Assembly (NCBI GenBank): GCA_013265495.1 | Contig: MU057597.1 | Coordinates: forward strand, 272,563-336,562 | Length of the DNA: 64,000 bases | Origin: Vicugna vicugna | Lineage: Eukaryota | Direction of reading: 5' to 3' | Part shown: piece by piece, positions 1-10,738 of the stretch | Numbering within the stretch: the first letter of the stretch is position 1 | Layout: each line of letters starts with the position of its first letter | Notes under the pieces: generated by a model | Seen by the model: the letters and a program-made list of their open reading frames with translations, nothing else | What the model was told of the DNA's origin: nothing | Database searches by the model: none | Translations under genes and position numbers: made by a program

Positions 1-249
1 TCTTACATCCCGTCCAGCCAGCGAGATGGAGCTGAGACAAGGCTAGGTCTCCATCATCCAGGTTGGTGCCTCCTCAACTAAGAAACATATCTCTGCTCCA
101 AACTCTGAACCTAAGGCTTGTCTGGACTCACTGTGCATCGGGCACAAGAACTCAGGCTCGACATCATGTTTGATGAATGTTCTCTGTTAGGAAAAGGTGT
201 AAGACTCTGTTGAAAACCGTGGTTCAAAGGAGCAGCTCCTCAGAGCTCT

Positions 250-1300
250 CATTACACTCAGTGGTGAAAGAATGAAGGCTTTTCCTGTAAGGTCAGGAAC
301 AAGACAAGGATACCTGCTCTATTTCTAAAAAAACGTATTACTGGAAGTCTGGGTGAGAACACAGAGGCGCAGGGGGCAGGGACAGGGGAAGGGAGGGAAC
401 GATGTATGTAACTCAGTGGTAAAATGCAAGCTTATCATGCATGAGGTCCTGGGTTCAGCAAAATACTGAAACTCCTAGCCACAGCAATTGAAGAAAGAAA
501 TCAAAGTTATCAAAACCTGAAAAAGAAAAATTATCTCATTTCCTAGATAACAAGGTTTTTACATGTACAAACTGTAAATATTCCACAAGAAAACTGCTAC
601 ATCCAAAAAAATTTTAGAAAGTTGCAGGATACAAAATCAACATGCAAAAATCAGTTGCATCTCTATACACAATGAGGAATGTCAAGACAATTGGAAAACA
701 ATCCTATCTACTACAGCATTACAAAAAGAATGAAATACTTAGGAATAAATCAGCAAAGGAGGTGAAAGACTTATATACTGAAAACCATTAAACACTGCTA
801 AAAGAAATCCACAACATACAAATAAACAGAAAGACATCACCTGGAGGGAATGGGTAATAGTTCAGTGGTAGAGTACGTGCTTAGCATGCACGAGGTACTG
901 GGTTCTAGCCCCAGTACCTGCATTTAAAAAAATAAATAAATTGGGGAGGGGGGAAGCATTAAAAAAGAAAGAAAAATATCCTGTCATCCTGTACTCATGG
1001 AAGACTTAAAGCTCTTTAAAGGTCCCAACTACCCAAAGTGTTCTACAGTTTCAATAGAATCCCTATCAAAATTCCAATGGCAATTTTTTCAGAAATAGAA
1101 AATCATGCTAAAAGTCACAGAGAATCAAGTGAACACAAACTGCCAAAAGGCTCTTGAAAAAGAAGAAAGATGAATGCCTCTCCTTTTTAGATTTCAAAAC
1201 ACATTATAAAAGTATTCAAGATGGTGTGGTACTGATATAAACAGACACATAAACCAATGGAACAGAACATAATGCTCAGAAATAACCCTTTGCATATAGG
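250..1300 (+). mobile_element. Old LINE-1 ORF2 fragment interrupted by SINEs
   Basis: L1 ORF2-like text (gcttttcctgtaaggtcaggaacaagacaaggat; atacaaaatcaacatgcaaaaatcagttgcat; ccctatcaaaattccaatggc) with no intact frame; recognised by eye. Confidence 0.8.
842..940 (+). mobile_element. tRNA-derived SINE (vic-1-like), one of about 30 copies in the window
   Basis: A-box-like tagttcagtggtagag, B-box-like ggttctagccc, then cagtacct and an A-rich (aaat)n tail. Confidence 0.85.
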
Positions 1301-1447
1301 CACTGAGACAGGCACTGAGGGGGGGCCCTGGGTGACTGTGGATGTACAGGTGTCAGACAGGACACTGCAGAGTCAGACAAGATTAGTGAGTCCAAAGAAG
1401 GGCATTTCAGGGAGGACAGACTGAGAATCCAGTGAGAATATGACTAC

Positions 1448-1462
1448 CTGAGAAAGAGCCAT
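1448..1462 (-). CDS. Gene C (KRAB-ZNF paralog) start-codon exon, coding part MALSQ; whole exon 1448-1524; rest of the gene lies left of the window
   Basis: Minus strand ATG GCT CTT TCT CAG|GTAG, acceptor ttcag at 1525-1529; homologous to the start exons of gene A (24094-24184) and gene B (40956-41029). Confidence 0.75.
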
Positions 1463-1926
1463 CCCTGACTCCTTTTCTGTCCTCTTCCTCCTCTTCTGGG
1501 CTTTCTCAGGAACATGAGTCTATCCTGAACATTGAGAAGATGCTGCTTAATGTTGAGAATCAACACATCCCTCCCTGTGCCACAACCACACACACACAAG
1601 GGAGACCTCACCACGTGGAACAGGAGGGACTCTGCTGCCCACTGTCACAGGAGGGACTCGCGACAGGAAGCTCCACACACAGAACAAGGGAGTTTCCCCA
1701 CACTGTCCTCAGATCACCCTCCCCTCCTGGTGAGCCCCTCACCCACAACGCAGCAGCGGGCGCCTCAGCTGGACCCGACAGCCCCCTTCAGGTCACAGAC
1801 TAGGCCCTGATCCATCCCCACGCAGAGCAGAGCCCCCACCCCCTCAGCCCGGATCCCAGCCCTCAGGATGGGAGGACTCAGTCAGGATGCTCAGTGAGGG
1901 ACCCAGACTGGAATCACCTGGGGCCC

Positions 1927-2382
1927 CGTACATGGGAGCACAAACTTGGATTAAAAACTTTAAAACTGCCTTGCTAGCAGAATGGGTTAATGAACTTTAA
2001 AGCTGCTTTGCTAGCAAGAAGCTGCTACAATCTGCCTTGCCCTAAGAAGCAAAAAAATGCTTTGTGCCTGCCTGGATACTTACTGTTATCAATTGTATTC
2101 TCTCTAGCTTCTGTACTATTATAACTTTTTCCAATACATAGGTTCAAATTAATGTTTCTGTTTTTCATGAAGCTGTTAATCTGTATCCCTGCACCTGCAC
2201 CGTACCCGTTGCCTATTCCTATGATGTATTTTGCTTTAATCCTGTGTTTAATTATTCTCAATAAATATGAGAGCTTTGGAGGAGCTCCGGGAGTTAGTCT
2301 CTGGCTCCCTCTCACTCTTTTGATTTGATAGTCTTGAGTAATTTTGTCCCACACAAGTGGGACTTCTGCTGGACAAAACCCA
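1927..2382 (+). mobile_element. Solo LTR in intron 1 of gene C
   Basis: About 456 bp absent from the paralogous site in gene A (~24580-24595); ends in CA, contains aataaa, flanked by near-duplicated ggccc/cgccc. Confidence 0.6.
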
Positions 2383-2469
2383 CGCCCTTAAATATCATTG
2401 AATTTGGGCCCCACAGCTCGCCCATGTATTTACAGGGATGACGACAGAATAAGATGTCCTCCTACCAGA

Positions 2470-3265
2470 AGAGACCATTTTCCAGCAGGGTTCAAGTTGG
2501 GACGGAAGAACACTGGATGTCACAGTGTGGCCAAGTCACCCCTCCTCCATGCGGAAGCAGGGGGGAAGGGCTGAATACAAAGGGGAGGCCCGCGGAGCAG
2601 GACAGCCCTGAGGAGGACACGAGGACAGAGGACCTGGGAGGGAGGGGGTCTCAGGAGAGGGCCGGGCTCCCCACAATCCTGGGACGCGGGAGAGGACGCG
2701 GCCTCGCGGGAGAGGGGCGGCCGCCCGCCAGGGGCCGAGAGAGCGAGGCTGGAGGCGCGAGACCACCTCGCGGAAGAGGACGTTAAACGGGCGGGGGCGG
2801 AAGTCAGTGAAGGGTTCCATGAAGGAAAACACCACCAAAGGTGGTGTCTACGCGGACTGAAGGCCGGAAAACCCGAAAAACGGGAACAGCCTCAGAGAAA
2901 TTTGAAAGCCAAAGAGAACCGACCCTCGACCCAGCACAGCGACGTCTGGATTCACCTGGGGTGCAGGAGCGGGTGTGGAGGCTTTAGGTTCGTAATGACT
3001 CTCAAAACCCTGAGGGTATAGAATAACGGGGACGGCGCAGCACAAACTCACATTACAAAAGAGAAACTTACCCTCCACAGCGTGACCTTCACTCTGCCGC
3101 TCTCTGCTTCCGGTTCCGGAAGAAACTGCGCGCGCGGAGTTAGAGGCGGGACTTCCGGGGTGGGGTCCGTACGTACCGATACTAGCGGGGGCGGGGCGAG
3201 GAGGGAGCGCCAGTGGGCGGGACAGGGGCAGCGCCAGTGGGCGGGGCAGGGGGCGGGGAGGGGAT
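2470..3265 (-). promoter_or_regulatory. CpG-island promoter, non-coding exon 1 (donor after 3072) and intron-1 start of gene C
   Basis: CpG-rich; GC boxes, tandem ETS-like cttccggttccgg, NRF1-like tgcgcgcgcg; minus-strand donor GTAAGT at 3071-3066; paralogous to 29105-30060 and 38732-39500. Confidence 0.75.
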
Positions 3266-4542
3266 GGTGCTTCCTTGTACCTTTACCTGCTTATTACTAT
3301 CTGTAACAGTTTTAAGGTAAAAGCTTCCAGTTGTGCAATTCAGTTATGTCGAAAGCTATTTTCTCTTAAGGTGGAAATGGTGTAAATAAAAAGTATTTTT
3401 GTACACAAGTTGCTCTCCTGTCCTACTGGTGAGACTGAAGCAATTCCGGGGTATGGGGATTTGAGTCTCCCAGCGAGGTTGAAATATGGCAGTGGTTGGA
3501 TCCAGGAACACTGCCTGCTCATAAAAAAAAACCTTTACAACAGGCAAACAGAATTTGGATCTAACCATTCTCTTGAGTTCACATTTGAAACCTGGCTTAA
3601 GTTTAAAAGTAAACTATGTTTTCTGCGGGCACCTGTCTGTCTCTATATATGGGTATATATGTCTTGGAGATGTGGGCCATTACTTTCCTTTTCTACTTCT
3701 GTATGGTATAGCTAAAATTAAGTTGTAAAAGAGTTCTATTTCACTGGCTTAAAAAACAAAGAAGCACTTACGAATTAAAGAAATATAACAAAGTTAACTA
3801 AAATGTTTTTCTAGTTCATGTGGTCTAGAATTAAATTTTAGTAAATGAAAGCTAGCGTAAGTTTGTGGTTTAATTTAAAAAGGCATGTTCTTGGAGCGGT
3901 CAGAACTCAAAATAATGCAGGCATATAGTTTTTATTCTTCCTGGGCTTATTGATTAAGTTTATGTTACCTGTGTCACAAAATTGTCAGCAAGAAAAATAA
4001 CTTGGTATGATACATTTTTTTGTGAGTTACCAAAACATCACTTGAAAACAAGTGAGTTGAATGGATATGTATAAGATAAAAGTTTCGAGGTAAACTTTTT
4101 AAATCGCTTTCCCAAATCTGTTTGGCAACATGAAATCTTACACTTTTGCTATGGTAAGTTAAATGATTGGTAGTCAGTAAATATCTAGTTTGTTCCTAAA
4201 TAAGATAAAAATACTGAAAATTTACTAAATCTAGGGTTAATCCATTTTGAGCTTCCTTTACAAATGACGTAGAGATTCAAATTCTATTTACAAACCAAAA
4301 ACAGACTCACGGACATAGAAAACAAGTTATGGTTACCAAAGTGGAAAGGGTGGGGAGGGATAAATTATATGTTGGGGGTTAATAGACACTCATTACTGTA
4401 TATAAAATAGATAAACAACAAGGACCTACTGTGTAGCACAGGGAACTATATTCAATTTCTTGTAGTAACATTTAAAGGAAATGAGTCTGAAAAGGAAATC
4501 TATTATTTGAGATGATAACAAATTCTAAGTGGAGGATGTTGG

Positions 4543-4872
4543 GTGTCGGTTGCCATTGTGAAAGTAGCACAAACCTCACTTTCCCTGCAATTTCCGCCAG
4601 CTCTGAATGTGACTACAGCCCTAGGAAGTAGTAGAGTAGCCTTCAGCCATTTGGCAGTGGAGATTAACTCCTTGTCACAAACTGTAGTTGGAAACTTGGG
4701 GACTTCCCATCTTATTCCTCCTTGTATTTTCTTTTACTTCACTGCATGCCTGTTAACCTCCACCCACTTGATTCTCAAGCACCTGACCACAGCCAACTCC
4801 CACATGAAGAGATTAATTTCACCACCTCGTGTCATTCCAGTTCTTCCACTGAATAGAGACCTAAAGGAATAA
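4543..4872 (+). mobile_element. Possible endogenous retrovirus env (TM) remnant
   Basis: Translation NVTTALGSSRVAFSHLAVEINSLSQTVVGN resembles the retroviral TM heptad that precedes the immunosuppressive motif, followed by a hydrophobic PPCIFFYF segment; no search run. Confidence 0.35.
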
Positions 4873-6406
4873 GTAACAAGGTCCTACTGTATAGCACAGG
4901 GAACTGTATTCAATATCTTGTAGTAACATATAATGAAAAAGAATATGAAAAAGTATATAACTGAATCACTATGCTGTACATCAGAAAATAACACATTGTA
5001 AATCAACTCTGCTTCAATTAGAAAAAAAGACCTACTGGAACTCTCTTTTTCACGTTCATAGTGCACCTGCTTTTTGCCTGTCATTGCCTTATGTGCATTT
5101 CCATGTCTCAGAAGTCTCCAAACAACACACTGATTTATGTATGCCTTGGTGTGAAAGAGAGAAAAAAATATAAATTAATAAATAACCTAGGTCACAATGT
5201 GTGGAAGAAAAAATAACAGTAGGGAAGAATTATATTAAAAAGAAATAAAGAAATTTTGCTATAGTTGAAAAGCAACTGGGTAACATAATACATTATTTGA
5301 AATCAGTATTTTAATAACCTTTGGGAAACTGCACTTATAGTAAAATTAGTAATATTTATTATGCAGTAAACATTTCCAAACATTAATTTTCATTCAACTA
5401 GTGTAAAAATACCTTAGGAATTTATGAAAATAGCATTTATAAGCATTTTTAACAACCAGATCATACAATAAGCCTTATGTGTGCAGCAGGAAAAGGAATG
5501 TAGTAGATTATTAGCATAGATAATGTTGGGATTTTCTCCAATAATTTCCCACATTTTAAGCCTCCTGACAGCATTTGCCTATTCTGCGTATGTGGCCAAG
5601 TTGATTTAAAAAAAAAAAAAAAAACAAAGCTTGAAGCTCCCTCCTTTAGAACCGGCTGAAAGTTCAAGCCATAAGCAGGTAGCCTCCCCAGCCCATCCAG
5701 TACCCACTATAGCACACCAAGCCGCTCACCATCCCTATTCTCTCAAGCCATTTTTGGACGAGTGTGTAAGTCTGCCCTGCTTCCCACAGAAAGCGTTAGT
5801 AGGTAATAAACTCTCTTAACACTTTCGTTAATATCAGTCTCAATATCCAAACCCAGCATTGGGGCAGGTTCCATCTTATTCCAGTGAATTGCAGAAAAGT
5901 GCAAATGAGCAACAAAATGATTGAGGAGTGCCTTTGTAACTTTCCTAGTTATCTATGAAACTAAAAATGGTTGCCATTGTATAGTTTGTTCTTAAATGGA
6001 AACTCGAGAACATTGATCTTTTCAAACTATTTCACTGAGCACTCCAAGCACAAAAGTGATTGTACTATTTTAAAATCCGATTTCTGAAAAGTTCTTTTAT
6101 ATTCTAGTATTTTTGTTATGCTTACTATATTCCTATTTTCACTTCATGTAAATCAAGGTTTTTACCACAGCTTTTATTTGGGCACAAAAAAGAACATGAA
6201 GAAATATATTCATATGGTGCATATTCATGAGTGGGTGGCAGGTTTCAGGGGGTATGAACAAGAAGTAACAAGTCCAAGGCAGAGTCACTTGCCCCCAGTA
6301 CAGCAATCCAAATCATTTCTTTTTTTTAATGGAAGTACTGGGGATTGAACCCAGGACCTCCTGCATGCTAAGCATGCACTCTACCACTGAACTATATCCT
6401 CGCCCC

Positions 6407-6762
6407 AGCAAACCCAGTCTTAACTGAAGTTTCATCCCTCCCAAGAATGAGATCTTTAACCAGTAACCAGTTAACCAGTAATTCTGCAATTTCTGGATTA
6501 AACACTAGTGAGGTAACCTGCAGGAAAAGACCCCTGCCCCACGACTCCCCAAAATAGGAGACCTGGCCTGAAACAACTCTTTGTATCTTTTTTTTTTTTG
6601 CCAATAAGTTTGTCTCACCCACTTTCTCCCTACAAAGCATTCAAAATTACACAGCTCCTTGAGAACCTTTCTATTCATGAGATGACATGATGATCAAGTC
6701 ATGAATCATTGAATAAAGCCAATTAATCTTTAAATTTACTGTTTAATTTTTGTATATTAGTG
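6407..6762 (+). mobile_element. ERV1-class LTR (MER34-like)
   Basis: U3-R-U5-like layout ending gaataaagccaattaatctttaaattt; family assignment from memory. Confidence 0.5.
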
Positions 6763-7789
6763 GAAGTCAGAGTCTGAAAATCACTGCTGTGCTGTTTGTA
6801 TTACAGCCATCAGAATATTCTGGAATAGTGTGGAGGGAATAACTCAGGTACAAACTATAAGCATGTAGTCTCCCCATGGAAAGAAATCATTATAGATGCT
6901 TTCAATGCACAGAGCCTAACAGCACACTGTTTCTGTAATAAAATACTGAGACAGGATAAAACTGTTGGTGGAAGGAACATGATTCATCCAGCATTATGAC
7001 AAGTGATTTATTAAACACAAGATCCATGATACATTTCAAATGAAACAGCAGCAGCAATTAAAGGTGAATCATACAAATACAATTATTGTTTTGATTAAAT
7101 TCCATTCAAGGTTAACTGCTCATTATTCAGTTTCCAAGAATAAGACTCACTTTTCATTAACCATTGATTTATACAACAGCTTTGCCATTCAATGGAGAAT
7201 CTGACCACCAGTTCTCCAACATTATTTCTACCACAAAATTAAGTCCCAAGTAACCTGTCACTCTCCTCCTATTAACAGTCCAGTCCCTTAATGTCCTGCC
7301 TTCTGTGTTCACAGTCAGCAGGTAGAGCTTTCTGTCCTATAATCCAGTGGCCTGTTTACAGAAGGGCACCCTGAACGTGAGTCTGATGAGTTATGTCATA
7401 GTTTTACATTATTCTCTGCCCTTCCCTGATGAAAATTCATACACTATCGAATTTGATTTTTTTTTCCTCCAGGAAAGATGGATATGAATGAACCACACCT
7501 TATCAATCTGGCCCCTTCATCTTGACTCCTTCCCACAGACCATCATGAAGGGCCTGTAAGAAAGGTATAAAATCAACAGATTTCAAGCATTCTCTTAAAA
7601 ATCATGAGTAGCCATGCAGCCTTTTTAAGACTACTCAAAGTATTCTGTATTTTATTAGAAGAGACTGGGCCATTTCCACATATGGCCTTGATCCTGTGAT
7701 ATACGCATGTCCTAAGTTTGAACATGTTATGACTTGCAATTATTCTGTAATAGCTCAGGTTAATGTTGGAGAACTTAAGTTACTCCTAG

Positions 7790-8240
7790 TATGGGTTACT
7801 GGATGTATGCTGTGTTGTCAGATGTGGTCAAAAAACTCATATTCATTGCATTTTTACAGATTCTCCCCAACATGAATTCTTCGGTGAACCCTGAGTACAC
7901 AGTTTCTTAAACGTGTTTTCATGTTTAGTATATCTGTATAGTTTCTTTCCTGCACCTGATGAGAGCAATCATTTAAAACTTTGCCACATTCATTGCATTT
8001 TTAATATGAAGTATTTGGTAAACTCTGAGTTTAGGCAACACCTAAAAGTCTTCAATAAATGTGTAAGGTTTTGCCTAGTACGGAGTACCTGATGATTGGT
8101 GAGATGTGAGCCCTGAGTAAAGGTTTTACACACTCATACCATTTGTAAAGTTTCTCTCCAGAATGGCATCTTTACAGAGTACTCCAGTCAAACTGTTCTC
8201 TAAAAGCCTTCACGCACTGAATACATTTCTGTAGTTTCTA
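7790..8240 (-). other. Decayed C2H2 finger repeats in the 3' UTR of gene A
   Basis: After the stop the minus strand still reads K-L-Q-K-C-I-Q-C-V-K-A-F and H-S-G-E-K-L-Y-K, with stops and frameshifts. Confidence 0.8.
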
Positions 8241-10738
8241 TCAAGTATGAATTTTCTCATGAAGCCTAAGGAGTGAACACCTGCTAAAAGCCTTGCCACA
8301 TTCATTACATTTGTAATGTCTCTCGCCAGTATGGATCACTTGATGGTAAGACAGGCTTGAACGCAAGATAAAGGCCTTACCACACACATCACATTTGTAG
8401 GGTTTCTCTCCAGTGTGAGTTCTCTGATGATATGCAAGGTGAGACCTGTGACTGAAGGATTTTGCACAGACATCACATTTAAATGGTTTGTCTCCTGTAT
8501 GGATGACTTGATGGGAAGTTAAGGTTGATCGCATGCTAAAGGCTTTGCCACACTCATTACATTTATAAGGTTTCTCTCCAGTATGAATTCTCCGGTGATT
8601 TACAAGGTGTGAATTCTGATTGAAGCCCTTGCCGCAGACATCACATTTATGTGGTTTCTCTCCTGTATGGATGACCTGATGGGAAGTTAAGCTTGACTGC
8701 ACAGTAAAGGCTTTGCCACACTCGTTACATTTGTAAGGTTTCTCTCCTGTATGAATTCTCTTATGATTCACTAGTTGGTAATTCTGACTGAAGCCTTTGC
8801 CGCAGACATCACATTTATGTGGTTTCTCTCCCGTATGGATTACCTGGTGGGAATTTAAGGTTGATCGCATACTGAAGGCTTTTCCACATACATTACATTC
8901 GTAAGGTTTCTCTCCAGTATGAATTCTACGATGATTCACAAGGTGTGAATTCTGACTGAAGCCCTTGCCGCAGACATCACATTTATATGGTTTCTCTCCT
9001 GTATGGATGATCTGATGGGAAGTGAGGCTTGAACGCACACGAAAGGCTTTCCCACAGTCGTAACACTTGTATGGTTTCTCCCTGGAATGGATTCTCTGAT
9101 GGATTTTAAAGTGTGACTTTTGACTGAAGACCTTCCCACATACATCACATTTATATGGTTTTTCTTCTTTATGGATTACCTGATGTGTAGCAAGAGTTGA
9201 ACCCTGAGTGAAGGCTTTGCCGCATTCTTTACATTTGAAAGGCTTCTCTCCAACGTGAATTCGTTGGTGGACCCTGATGTCAGACAGTTGCCTAAAGTCC
9301 TTACCACATTCAGTGCATTTGTACGGCTTTTCTCCTGTATGAATTCTCTTATGATTTGTAAGGTGTGAACGGTTTATAAAAAACTTCCCACATTCATTAC
9401 ATTGGTAAGGTTTCTCTCCAGTATGGATGACCTGATGGTAAGTTAGACTTGCATGCATACTGAAGGCTTTGCCACAAACATCACATTTGTACGGTTTCTC
9501 TCCAGCATGAATTCTTTGGTGAATCCTAAGATAATACCATTGCTTAAATGCCTTGCCACATTCAAAACATTTGTATGGCTTTTCTCCAGTATGAATTCTC
9601 TCATGATTTGTAAGGTGCGAACAGTTTATAAAAACTTTCCCACACTTATTACATTGGTAAGGCTTCTCCCCATTATGGATGACCTGATGGTAAGTGAGGC
9701 TTGAACGCACAATAAAGGCTTTACCACACTCATCACATTTGTAGGGTTTCTCTCCAGTATGAATTCTCTGATGAATTCTGAGTTCTGAATTTTGACTGAA
9801 GACTTTGCCACATACACCACATTCATACAGTTTCTCTCCTGTATGGATTATCTGATGTCTAACGAGGGGCATGTCATGATTAAAGGTTTTGCCACACTCA
9901 CTGCGTTCATAAGGCTTCTCTCCAGTGTGAACTCTCTGATGAACAGTAACGTTTGAATTCCAACTAGTAAGTTTGCCACATACATCACGTTTATATAAAT
10001 TTGCTCCTGTATGGATTCTCTGGTGTCTACGGAGGGATGAGCCATGATTAAAGGCCTTGCCACACTCATTACATTTGTACAGTTTCTCTCCAGTATGATT
10101 TCGCTGATGACTTGCAAGATCTGAATTTCGACTAAAGACTTTGCCACATTCATCACAGTTACATGACTGCTCTCCTGTGTGGATGATCTGATGCCCGGTG
10201 AGGGATGAGCCCTGATGAAATGTTTTGCCAAACTCATTACATTTGTAAGGTTTTCCCCCATGTGCTTTCTGGTCCTGTGTCAGTCCTGAAGGATGGATGA
10301 GGGCATTCTCATGTGTATTTGATATGTTAGTTTGGTCACTAGGAGGAATTCTTTCAAGCAGTGACGAGTCAATACTGTTGACAGACTTTGCGACTTGATT
10401 ACATTGAAGAACTTCCCCTTCAGTTTGATGTATCAGAAGTTTATCTCCAAACCTGGATCCAAGCCTGCTTTCAACGGGCTTCTTTCCTATATCCCTTCTC
10501 CCACACTGACTTCTTTTATCAGTGAGATTTTCTATACAGGTTACAGGCATTTGTTTGTCATTTCCTTCACCATCTCTCCACTGACACTCAAATTCCTGTG
10601 TATTTTCCTGGATTTCCTGGAAGTAAAAATCTTTCATTTCATGGCTTTCATGTCTCCCCAACCTCATTGTTTGGAATACTTCTCCGTCACTGTTCATTTT
10701 AGGTTGTAATTTCTTCATCACATGTATATGAAAGATAT
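8241..10738 (-). CDS. Gene A final exon: spacer plus 24 C2H2 finger units (21 canonical; units 1, 4, 5 lack a Cys)
   Basis: 826-aa ORF of CX2CX12HX3H-TGEKPY repeats; acceptor ttctttatatcttgtag before 10738 joins in phase 1 to the KRAB-A exon; spliced CDS 72+127+2498 = 2697 nt (898 aa). Confidence 0.95.

Noticed and set aside
1532..1810. ORFs apparently conserved between 1532-1810 and 24076-24463
   Set aside because: Similarity reflects the duplicated intronic tract; ORFs are antisense to the host genes and frames differ between copies
8936..10709. Alternative-frame and antisense ORFs within the gene A finger exon (likewise 52309-53761 in gene B)
   Set aside because: Expected by-products of the 84-bp finger repeat codon pattern
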